From Blastocatellia bacterium (GTDB lineage Bacteria > Acidobacteriota > Blastocatellia > UBA7656), in the NCBI GenBank assembly GCA_963765495.1, contig CAVXWP010000009.1, positions 416,001 through 480,000 on the forward strand: a stretch of 64,000 bases of DNA, read 5' to 3'. The number at the start of each line of letters is the position of its first letter. Position 1 is the stretch's first letter. Both the position numbers and the translations under genes were made by a program. This document shows, piece after piece, positions 9,963 through 18,282 of this stretch. The notes beneath the pieces were generated by a model. It was not told where the DNA came from. It saw only the letters and a list, made by a program, of their open reading frames with translations, and ran no database searches.

Positions 9963-10424
9963 ATGTTTTGCCCCGGATGCAGCACAGAGAATAATCCTGA
10001 TCTGAAGTATTGCCGACAGTGCGGAATGCAACTCTCATCCGTGCGAATTGCGATGGAGTCGCGTATTGACGAGGCGCTTGAAAAATATGAGAAGGGCGCG
10101 GAAAAGATCAAGGCCGGAATAATCACATTCACCGTGCTCTTCTTTGTAGGGATAATCAATCTTATCTTCAAAAACACCTGGGGATTTACAATAAATATGA
10201 TACTCGCGTTCGCCGTTACGCTGCCGATTCTCATAGTCGGTTTCAACTCTCTCAGAGGCGGCTCGCGCCTGCTCAAATCAGAAACGAGAGCCGATGATCG
10301 GGCCTTGAAACAATCGGGCGGGCCGGTGGTCGAATTGCCCCCGGCTCAGACAACCGACCGCTCGCTTGCCGAACCGCTCTCTGTTACAGAGCACACCACA
10401 CGCGAGTTGAAAGAGGTTGAATAA
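9963..10424 (+). CDS. Zinc-ribbon membrane protein with C-terminal SVTEHTTR motif
   Basis: MFCPGC...KYCRQCG, two TM helices, ends PLSVTEHTTRELKEVE; GAGGAG RBS. Confidence 0.85.
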   Translation: MFCPGCSTENNPDLKYCRQCGMQLSSVRIAMESRIDEALEKYEKGAEKIKAGIITFTVLFFVGIINLIFKNTWGFTINMILAFAVTLPILIVGFNSLRGGSRLLKSETRADDRALKQSGGPVVELPPAQTTDRSLAEPLSVTEHTTRELKEVE

Positions 10425-10468
10425 CTCGGACGATCACTCAAAATGATGAGGTTTGAGGCGACTGGAAG

Positions 10469-10497
10469 TTGACAGTCCCGCCGCTGCATCCTAGCAT
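10469..10497 (+). promoter_or_regulatory. Sigma-70-type promoter for DUF1015-serA
   Basis: TTGACA-17 nt-TAGCAT. Confidence 0.6.
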
Positions 10498-10584
10498 AAA
10501 GCATTAAACCGAATCGCTCGAAAATTCGAGGGAGCCTTTTGTAAACGAGTTCATAGAACACTGCTGATTCTGGAGAACAAGCCG

Positions 10585-11817
10585 ATGTCAACCATCCACC
10601 CCTTTGAGGCATTGCGCCCGCCAAAAGATAAAGCAAACGATGTTGCCGCTGTGCCCTATGACGTAGTAAATACCGAAGAAGCCCGCGAAATGGCCCGCGC
10701 CAATCCGCTCTCTTTTCTTCACGTCTCGCGCCCTGAAATAGATTTGCCCGACGGCACCGACCCTTATTCGGATGAGGTGTATCAAAAAGCTGCCGACAAT
10801 TTCGAGCGACTGAAACGCGAAGCCCCGCTTCACACCGAAGACGCGCCCAGCCTCTATGTCTACAGCCTGCAAATGGGCGAGCACTCGCAGACAGGCATAG
10901 CCGCCTGCTGCTCTGTCGATGAATATGATTCCGATATCATTCGCAAACACGAGCGTACGCGCAAAGACAAAGAGGATGATCGCACGCGCCACATCATCAC
11001 GCTCAGAGCGCAAACGGGGCCGGTTTTTCTCACTTATCGCGGGCGAGACGAAATCGACGAGGTTGTCAAACAGGCTCAGGACGAACCGCCTCTTTATACA
11101 ATCACACCGCCCGACGGAGTCCGGCACACTCTCTGGCGGCTCAATGACGAAGCCCGCGACCGTATCATTGAGGGGTTTCAACAGGTGCCGCTTCTTTATA
11201 TCGCCGACGGCCATCATCGCGCGGCAAGCGCCAGTCGGACCCGCGCCCGGCTCAAATCCGAAGACCCGAATCACACGGGCGCGGAAGAGTACAATTTCTT
11301 TCTTGCGGTCCTCTTCCCCGCCGACCAGCTTCGGATACTTCCCTACAACCGAATCGTGAAAGACCTCAACGGCAAATCGAAAGAGGAGTTCCTCAGAGCG
11401 CTCGCCGAAAGCTTTACCGTGAGCGAAGACGCATCTGCCGCGCCCGCGCGTAAAGGGAGTGTCAGCATGTATCTCGACGGCAAATGGTATTCGCTCGACA
11501 TACCGGCTGAAAGCGTCGATACGGATGACCCCATCGGATCGCTCGACGTGAGTATATTGCAGGAGCGCGTGCTTGCTCCGATACTTGGCATTGCCGACGT
11601 TCGGACGGACAAGCGTATAGATTTCGTGGGCGGCATTCGCGGCACCGAGGCCCTGGAGCAGGCGGTAAACGAAGGCCGGGCAGCCGTAGCGTTTTCCCTT
11701 TACCCTGTCACGGTTGACGAATTGATAGCGGTTTCGGACAAAAACGAGATCATGCCGCCCAAGTCTACGTGGTTCGAACCAAAACTGCGCGACGGCTTGC
11801 TCAGTCACTTGATATGA
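10585..11817 (+). CDS. DUF1015 family protein
   Basis: PYDVV, KHERTR, YIADGHHR and MPPKSTWFEPKLRDGL motifs. Confidence 0.92.
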   Translation: MSTIHPFEALRPPKDKANDVAAVPYDVVNTEEAREMARANPLSFLHVSRPEIDLPDGTDPYSDEVYQKAADNFERLKREAPLHTEDAPSLYVYSLQMGEHSQTGIAACCSVDEYDSDIIRKHERTRKDKEDDRTRHIITLRAQTGPVFLTYRGRDEIDEVVKQAQDEPPLYTITPPDGVRHTLWRLNDEARDRIIEGFQQVPLLYIADGHHRAASASRTRARLKSEDPNHTGAEEYNFFLAVLFPADQLRILPYNRIVKDLNGKSKEEFLRALAESFTVSEDASAAPARKGSVSMYLDGKWYSLDIPAESVDTDDPIGSLDVSILQERVLAPILGIADVRTDKRIDFVGGIRGTEALEQAVNEGRAAVAFSLYPVTVDELIAVSDKNEIMPPKSTWFEPKLRDGLLSHLI

Positions 11818-11820
11818 ATA

Positions 11821-11916
11821 GTGAATCGTGATGCGTGATGCGTGATAAACCGGGCTTGCACCATCTCTTTTACGGGCGGGCGTCCTGAGAATCACGAATC
11901 ACTCTTCACGCATCAC
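11821..11916. repeat. (GTGATGC)n inverted heptamer-repeat element
   Basis: gtgaatcgtgatgcgtgatgcgtgat ... atcacgaatcactcttcacgcatcac. Confidence 0.85.
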
Positions 11917-11932
11917 TAAAGGAGTGTTCTTT

Positions 11933-13135
11933 ATGAAAGTTCTCATAGCGGATAAATTCCCCGATGTCGGTCAGGAAGAACTGAAAAAAGCCGGTTGCGA
12001 GGTCGTCTATGACGCCGATCTCAAGGACGAAGCGCTCGTGCAGGCAATCGGTTCGTCGGGCGCAGACGTGCTTGTCGTGCGTTCGACCAAGGTGACTAAA
12101 GAGATGCTTGAATCGGGACATCTGAGCCTCGTAGTCCGCGCCGGAGCCGGGTACAACACAATAGATGTTGCTACGGCTTCGGCGCGCGGCATCTATGTAG
12201 CCAATTGCCCCGGCAAGAACTCGATAGCGGTGGCCGAACTTGCTTTCGGTTTGATACTGGCGCTCGACCGGCGTATCGCTGAAAATGCGGCTGACCTGAA
12301 AGAAGGCCGATGGAACAAGAAGGAATACAGTAAGGCGCGAGGGCTTTTTGGCCGCACGCTCGGCTTGATAGGTCTTGGCCGCATAGGGCAGGAGATGATC
12401 CCTCGCGCAAAGGCTTTCGGCATGCCCGTCGTAGCGTGGAGCCGGTCGCTTACGCCCACACGCGCCACAGAGCTTGGAATTGAGATGAAACAATCTCCCG
12501 TTGAGGTCGCCGCCTCGTCGGATGTCGTAAGCATTCATCTGGCGCTCAAGGATGAAACCAGAAATTTGATAGGCGATAATTTCTTCGAAAACATGCCGAA
12601 AGAAGCATTCTTTATAAACACGTCGCGGGCCGATGTAGTAGATCAGGCGGCGCTCGCTCGAGCAGTCCGTGAACGTGGCATACGGGCAGGGCTTGACGTG
12701 TTTGCGGGCGAGCCCCCGGGCGGAACGGGCGAGGTCCACGACGAGATTTTCAATCTGCCCGGCGTCATCGGCACTCATCACATAGGCGCATCCACCGATC
12801 AGGCTCAACAGGCCATAAGCGATGAAACCGTCCGCATCATACGTAATTACAAGGAGAAGGGCCGCGCCCCGAATGTCGTGAACCTGGCAAGAAAGACTCG
12901 CGCGACTCATCTGCTGGTTGTTCGCCACTTTGATCGCGTAGGAGTGCTGGCAGAGGTATTCGATAAACTGAAGCTTGCCGGTATCAACGTACAGGAGACC
13001 GAGAACATCGTCTTTGACGGAGCCGTCGCGGCGGTCGCCCGCATACATCTGGATCAGGCTCCTTCAGATGAAGTGCTGACCTCGATAAAAAACAGTTGCG
13101 CAGACTTGATCGAGTTGAGTTTGCTGAAGCTCTAA
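11933..13135 (+). CDS. serA: D-3-phosphoglycerate dehydrogenase with C-terminal ACT domain
   Basis: RAGAGYNTID, GLGRIG, INTSR, HHIGAST motifs and ACT-like tail; clustered with serC. Confidence 0.85.
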   Translation: MKVLIADKFPDVGQEELKKAGCEVVYDADLKDEALVQAIGSSGADVLVVRSTKVTKEMLESGHLSLVVRAGAGYNTIDVATASARGIYVANCPGKNSIAVAELAFGLILALDRRIAENAADLKEGRWNKKEYSKARGLFGRTLGLIGLGRIGQEMIPRAKAFGMPVVAWSRSLTPTRATELGIEMKQSPVEVAASSDVVSIHLALKDETRNLIGDNFFENMPKEAFFINTSRADVVDQAALARAVRERGIRAGLDVFAGEPPGGTGEVHDEIFNLPGVIGTHHIGASTDQAQQAISDETVRIIRNYKEKGRAPNVVNLARKTRATHLLVVRHFDRVGVLAEVFDKLKLAGINVQETENIVFDGAVAAVARIHLDQAPSDEVLTSIKNSCADLIELSLLKL

Positions 13136-13187
13136 ATCGAAAAGCAGAAGATTGGTACAAATGAAACTCCAAACTAAGCTAATCAGA

Positions 13188-13289
13188 AATAGGCCGCGGA
13201 TGACGCGGATGCGACGGATTTTCGCGGATCTGACATTATATGATTTAATCCGCGTAGATCCGCCTGATCCGCGGACGTCCCGGCCTATT
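13188..13289. repeat. 102-bp nonamer-repeat palindromic element
   Basis: Near reverse complement of the 8909 copy, same length. Confidence 0.9.
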
Positions 13290-13373
13290 CCGACCTGCCT
13301 TTCACTCATATTCATATGTTTCAATCTCTTGCAGAGTGATTTAGGCAAACAGAATCGAACCCGAAGGTAAATC

Positions 13374-13958
13374 ATGCCGAGAAGCAGACATCGCAATATA
13401 AGGAAGCCGCCCCGCCGGGGCTCGCAAGCACATTTGATGCATAATGCGGCCCGTTTCCCTCTGCTCGAATGCCTGATCAACGAAGGATGGGCCGAGCAGT
13501 TTATGGCCTCTGTCAGTTTTGCGCGTAGCCGTCCCGACGGGAGTGTAGCCGTCGCCGCCTTCGCCGTTGACCTCGGCTGCCTCGGCGTAAAATCCGCTTT
13601 CGCGCAACCCGAAATGAGTGTGGTCGAGTATCGGCAGCGAATAGCCCGAGGGCCGGGCAACGCGCAGCTATCTTATGATCCGGCTTGCGCCGTGAAGCTG
13701 ATAAAGGGGGCTGTCAGGTATGCCAAAGCCATAGGCTTCAGCCCCGATCCGGATTACTATTTTGCGAAAGAGATTTTCGGCGACATTGACCCGGATGAGT
13801 GTCACGAGACTATCGAATACGGGCAGGACGGAAAGCCGCTGTATGTAGCCGGGCCCTACGACAATGTAAATCGAATAATGAATCAATTGAAAAAGAAGCT
13901 TGGGCCGGATGGATTTAACTACATCTTAGAGGTGACTCCCACGACGAAGCCGATATAG
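13374..13958 (+). CDS. Hypothetical protein
   Basis: 194 aa with GAAGG RBS; globular-looking (VDLGCLGVK, GFSPDPDY, GKPLYVAGPYD); function not recognised. Confidence 0.75.
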   Translation: MPRSRHRNIRKPPRRGSQAHLMHNAARFPLLECLINEGWAEQFMASVSFARSRPDGSVAVAAFAVDLGCLGVKSAFAQPEMSVVEYRQRIARGPGNAQLSYDPACAVKLIKGAVRYAKAIGFSPDPDYYFAKEIFGDIDPDECHETIEYGQDGKPLYVAGPYDNVNRIMNQLKKKLGPDGFNYILEVTPTTKPI

Positions 13959-14031
13959 ACGACGCGAGTTTAACGAGTGAGAAGCGAACCCTAGTTTTCG
14001 CGGTTCAAAAGTCACGAAAGGAAAACAGATT

Positions 14032-15117
14032 ATGACGGAACGAATTTATAACTTCTCAGCCGGACCGGCTGTGCTGCCGCTTGAGGTCCTCGAACATGCG
14101 CAGAGAGATCTGGTGTCGCTCCCGGGCGTAGGCATGTCCATACTTGAGATCAGCCATCGCTCAAAGACCTTCGACGATATTATTCTGGCGGCTGAAGCGG
14201 ATATGCGAGAGCTTGCGGGGATTGCGGACAACTACCGGATACTGTTTCTTCAGGGCGGCGCGTCGCTGCAATTTTCGATGGTTCCGATGAACATATTGCC
14301 CTCGGGAGGCAAGGCCGATTACATCATTACCGGCTCGTGGTCGAAGAAGGCCGCGAAGGAGGCGAAAAGAATCGGCGAGGTAAACATCGCCGCCACTACC
14401 GAAGAGAGCAACTTCTCGCGCGTGCCCGCGCAGGACGAGTTGAAGCTCGACCCCGAAGCCGCTTATGTTCACTTTACGACCAACAACACTATTTTCGGGA
14501 CCGAATGGAAACGAGAGCCGGGGGCGGGCGATGTGCCTCTTGTGGCCGATGCGTCTTCCGATATTTTCAGCCACAGGCTTGACGTGAGCAAATACGGGCT
14601 GATCTACGCGGGCGCGCAGAAAAACCTGGCCCCGGCCGGCGTTACGCTCGTCATCATCCGGGATGATTTGCTTCGGCGCAGCCCCGAGGGGTTGCACACT
14701 ATGCTTGATTACAACACGCAAGCCAAAGAGAGATCGCTTTACAACACGCCGCCTGTTTTCCCGATCTATGTTATGGGCCTCGTCTTGAAATGGCTGATCG
14801 AGCAGGGCGGGCTTGAAGTGGTCGAGCGCCACAATGAGGAAAAGGCCGGATTGCTTTACGACATGATAGATTCGACAGAGTTTTATCGCGGCCACGCCGA
14901 ACCGGGCAGCCGTTCGCTGATGAATGTGAATTTCCGGCTGCCAAGCGAAGAACTCGAAAAGCAATTTATAAGCGAATCCACAAAGGCGGGTCTAAACGGA
15001 TTGAAAGGCCATCGCTCGGTCGGCGGATGTCGCGCTTCGATCTACAATGCGTTCCCCCGCGAAGGCGTGGAGGCACTCGTCTCTTTCATGAAAGAATTCG
15101 AGCGCACAAACGGGTAA
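14032..15117 (+). CDS. serC: Phosphoserine aminotransferase
   Basis: NFSAGPA, EISHRS, LQGGAS, AGAQKN (PLP Lys), NTPP, GHRSVGG. Confidence 0.97.
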   Translation: MTERIYNFSAGPAVLPLEVLEHAQRDLVSLPGVGMSILEISHRSKTFDDIILAAEADMRELAGIADNYRILFLQGGASLQFSMVPMNILPSGGKADYIITGSWSKKAAKEAKRIGEVNIAATTEESNFSRVPAQDELKLDPEAAYVHFTTNNTIFGTEWKREPGAGDVPLVADASSDIFSHRLDVSKYGLIYAGAQKNLAPAGVTLVIIRDDLLRRSPEGLHTMLDYNTQAKERSLYNTPPVFPIYVMGLVLKWLIEQGGLEVVERHNEEKAGLLYDMIDSTEFYRGHAEPGSRSLMNVNFRLPSEELEKQFISESTKAGLNGLKGHRSVGGCRASIYNAFPREGVEALVSFMKEFERTNG

Positions 15118-15135
15118 CAATCCCCTGAAAATCCC

Positions 15136-15192
15136 TAGCGTTCTTTGCGTCTTTGCGAGCACCTATCGCTCACAAAGACGCGAAGTACGCTA
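15136..15192. repeat. CTTTGCGT-type (8-nt period) palindrome, uninterrupted copy
   Basis: tagcgttctttgcgtctttgcgagc / gctcacaaagacgcgaagtacgcta arms with a 7-nt loop acctatc. Confidence 0.8.
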
Positions 15193-15248
15193 AGAACCAC
15201 CTGAGAACAAGATGAGCGTGAGAATATAATGAGCCTGAGCGCCGCCAG

Positions 15249-16925
15249 ATGACTCCTCCTCCCTCTTCCCAAAAAATAGTCTTGCTTCTTGATCTTTCAG
15301 GAGACAAGCACTCCGCGCACGCGTGGGCGGCGCGTGAGTTTAGCGAGGCAGAGATTCGCGTTATCAACAAGGCCGATTTGAAATGGGGGTCGAAGCGCGA
15401 GGCGCTCCGCTTGATCAGAAGCGTCGCGCCCGACCTGTTCGCTTTCTTCACATCCGATCTTGAGATGCAAAGCGCCCGAAGCGCAATGCTTTTATTTGCG
15501 GCTCTCTCAGGCGCGCGTCGCGTTGTGATGGCAGACCGCTTCGGACGAACTCTTACACGCTCGCGCCTGGGCGCGCTGCTCATAGAAGCGCCTCGCTTCG
15601 CTCTGGAATTATTAGCCTACGTGCTGATAGTTCCACTCTCATGGTTTCTGACTCTGCTGCTTGGCGGCTCTCTTTTCTTCCGAAAAATCAACCGCGCTTC
15701 TCGAACCGGCAGCCCCGAAAGCTCCGCGCAATCAGGCAAAGGAAAGACGGCGCTCTATGTCAGAGCTACGATCACAAACACGACCGAAGGCGGTATGGCT
15801 ACACACGTAGCCGGGTTTCGCCGGGGCGCTCTCAAATCGGGACATCATCTGAAGTATTTGATAAGCGGGCGCGGGCACGGCGCTGATGAAACCGTGCTGA
15901 TAGCGCCCTCCTCGGCTGTGAGCGCGACGCGGGCGCTCTTTGAGTTGTGGAACAATCTGGTCTTTACCTTTAAGAGCCTCGAATTGTTGAGCGATCAGAT
16001 TGCCGTCAAGGATATTGATTTCATCTATCAGCGATACAACAGGTTTAACTGGGCGGGGGTGGCGCTGTCGGTCGTAACGGGGCTTCCGCTCGCGCTGGAA
16101 TTCAACGGCTCGGAAGTGTGGGTGAGCAGGCGATGGGACCCCGTGGGCCAGATATGGCTGCTCAAGAGATTTGAGCGACTCAACCTGCGCGCAGCCGATT
16201 TTATATTCGTGGTATCGGATGTCGAGCGGCACAACCTGCTTGGAGCAGGCGTCGAAGACGAGCGCATTCGGGTCAACCCTAACGGAGTAGACACGGATGA
16301 ATTCAAACCCGATTCGGGCGGGAGACAGGTGCGGCGCTCGCTTGGAGTGGATGACAAGATCGTAATAGGTTTTCTCGGCACGTTCGGCCCCTGGCACGGC
16401 GCGCCCGTTCTTGCCGAAGCGGCTACAAAGGTCGATGAACGAACAGGCTGTCATTTTCTGTTTATCGGCGACGGCGACCAGCGCCCCGTGGCCGAGGCGA
16501 TCATTGAAAAAGCAGACAAACGCGACCGCGCTACCTTTACCGGACGGATCGCTCACGCCGAGGTTCCGGCCTACCTGGACGCCTGCGATATACTGGCCTC
16601 TCCGCACGTAGAGTCAACCGACGGCAGCGAGTTTTTCGGCTCGCCTACAAAGCTATTCGAATATCTGGCGATGGCCCGTCCGGTCGTCGCCAGCCGGATC
16701 GGGCAGATTGCCGATGTGATCGAGGACGGCAAGACCGGGGTGCTCGTCGAGCCTGGAAACGCGGCGGCGCTTGCGCAAGCCATAGAGCGGCTGGCAAAGG
16801 ATGCCGACTTGCGGTCGCGGCTCGGAGTTGCCGCCAGGCAGATGGTAAGCGAGCGCTTTACGTGGAAGCGCAATGCCGACCGGGTTTTTACAACGGTCAT
16901 GCGAGGAATGACGCGTGATGCGTGA
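15249..16925 (+). CDS. Glycosyltransferase family 4 with N-terminal extension and TM segment
   Basis: NPNGVD, FLGTFGPWHG, GSPTKLFEYLAMARPVV; its stop codon lies in a GTGATGC repeat. Confidence 0.9.
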   Translation: MTPPPSSQKIVLLLDLSGDKHSAHAWAAREFSEAEIRVINKADLKWGSKREALRLIRSVAPDLFAFFTSDLEMQSARSAMLLFAALSGARRVVMADRFGRTLTRSRLGALLIEAPRFALELLAYVLIVPLSWFLTLLLGGSLFFRKINRASRTGSPESSAQSGKGKTALYVRATITNTTEGGMATHVAGFRRGALKSGHHLKYLISGRGHGADETVLIAPSSAVSATRALFELWNNLVFTFKSLELLSDQIAVKDIDFIYQRYNRFNWAGVALSVVTGLPLALEFNGSEVWVSRRWDPVGQIWLLKRFERLNLRAADFIFVVSDVERHNLLGAGVEDERIRVNPNGVDTDEFKPDSGGRQVRRSLGVDDKIVIGFLGTFGPWHGAPVLAEAATKVDERTGCHFLFIGDGDQRPVAEAIIEKADKRDRATFTGRIAHAEVPAYLDACDILASPHVESTDGSEFFGSPTKLFEYLAMARPVVASRIGQIADVIEDGKTGVLVEPGNAAALAQAIERLAKDADLRSRLGVAARQMVSERFTWKRNADRVFTTVMRGMTRDA

Positions 16926-16999
16926 CTATCAGACAGGTCGCATGTTTTAGACAACTTGCAATCCTGCTAATCACGCATCACGCATCACGCGTCACGCAT
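16908..16999. repeat. (GTGATGC)n inverted heptamer-repeat element
   Basis: atgacgcgtgatgcgtga ... tcacgcatcacgcatcacgcgtcacgca. Confidence 0.85.
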
Positions 17000-17007
17000 A
17001 AGAAACA

Positions 17008-18198
17008 ATGATTAAAAATAAATCTATAATCTGTTTTGCGGGCGAAGACTGGTGGTATCATCACCCGCATTCCAAGAATCACATAATGAAGCGGCTGGCA
17101 CGCGCGGGCAATCGCGTGATGTTTGTCAATTCGATCTCGATGGGGTTGCCTTCGATGACGAGCCCCGATTTTTTCGGGAAGATAAAGCGAAAACTGCGCA
17201 GCTACGGCAGATTTGTTCGCCTCACCGAAGAGGGCATAATAGTCGTCTCTCCGCTTTCGCTTCCCTTCTATTCAAGTCGTACAGGGAGAGCGCTCAATCG
17301 CCTGCTGTTGCTCGCTCAGATAAAGCTGTTGATGGTTGCATACGATTTACGCGACCCCGTTTTGTGGATAGCCATCCCGACAGCGCGAGAGATAGCGGGC
17401 CGCATCGGAGAAAGCGCGCTCATCTATCAGGTATCGGACAAGTACGAAGCAAACCGCATGGATCACGCTACTCGTGAAGGCGTCATAGCCGATATGCACC
17501 GCGACCTGCTGAATCGAGCCGATCTGATCTATTTTTCAGGGCGCAAACTGATCGAAGAAGAGAGGGCCGCGCACCCGGAAATAACAGGCAAGGCGCGGCT
17601 GCTCGAACAGGCGGTGGATTTCGACCATTTCGCTTCGGCGACCTCAAAAGAGTGGACCGCGCCCTCAGACATCCGCGACCTACCGCGCCCGCGACTCGGC
17701 TACTTCGGAGCCATAGAGACATGGCTGATCGATCAGGAATTGATTCGCTACGTAAGCCGGAAGCGACCCGACTGGCAATGGGTGATGCTCGGATTAAAGG
17801 CGGCCCGCCTCGACATCGAAGACCTGCCGAATGTTCATTACCTCGGTTCGAAGCCGTACGCCGATATGCCCCGCTACGCCTCGGCGTTTCAAGTCTGCGT
17901 CTTGCCCTGGGTCACAGACAACGAGTTTGTAAGCTACGGCTCGGCCATCAAGGTGCGCGAATATCTGGCTACGGGCAAGCCTGTCGTCATAACTCCGCTT
18001 TACGAATATGAGCCTCTGGATGGTATACTGCGCATTTCCCGTAGCTACGACGATTTCATAGCCAGGGTTGAAGACGCGCTTTCCGAAGAGGGCGAATACG
18101 CAAGCCTTGCGCGGCAACAGGCCGTCAAAGGCTCAACCTGGGACGTTCGCGCCGAAGAAGTAAGCCGCGAAATAGAGAGGCTGATACGTGGGGAGTAA
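17008..18198 (+). CDS. GT-B glycosyltransferase (GT4-like)
   Basis: PRLGYFGAI, PNVHYLG, IKVREYLATGKPVV. Confidence 0.88.
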   Translation: MIKNKSIICFAGEDWWYHHPHSKNHIMKRLARAGNRVMFVNSISMGLPSMTSPDFFGKIKRKLRSYGRFVRLTEEGIIVVSPLSLPFYSSRTGRALNRLLLLAQIKLLMVAYDLRDPVLWIAIPTAREIAGRIGESALIYQVSDKYEANRMDHATREGVIADMHRDLLNRADLIYFSGRKLIEEERAAHPEITGKARLLEQAVDFDHFASATSKEWTAPSDIRDLPRPRLGYFGAIETWLIDQELIRYVSRKRPDWQWVMLGLKAARLDIEDLPNVHYLGSKPYADMPRYASAFQVCVLPWVTDNEFVSYGSAIKVREYLATGKPVVITPLYEYEPLDGILRISRSYDDFIARVEDALSEEGEYASLARQQAVKGSTWDVRAEEVSREIERLIRGE

Positions 18199-18282
18199 TT
18201 TGAGCTTTTGAGATTCGAAATCTGAGACTTGAGCCCACGCATCACGATTCACTTATTAAATTTACCGGAGCAATACATATCC

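Noticed and set aside
10588-13048. Long antisense ORFs (435 aa, 380 aa) and similar ones opposite hisS, serC, the mutase and pirin
   Set aside because: Shadows of well-supported genes in GC-rich DNA, with no recognisable motifs.
13152-13370. Short ORFs reading RMTRMRRIFAD or ASRITHH (also 8995, 34410, 34525, 43457, 62674)
   Set aside because: Translations of the nonamer or heptamer repeats.
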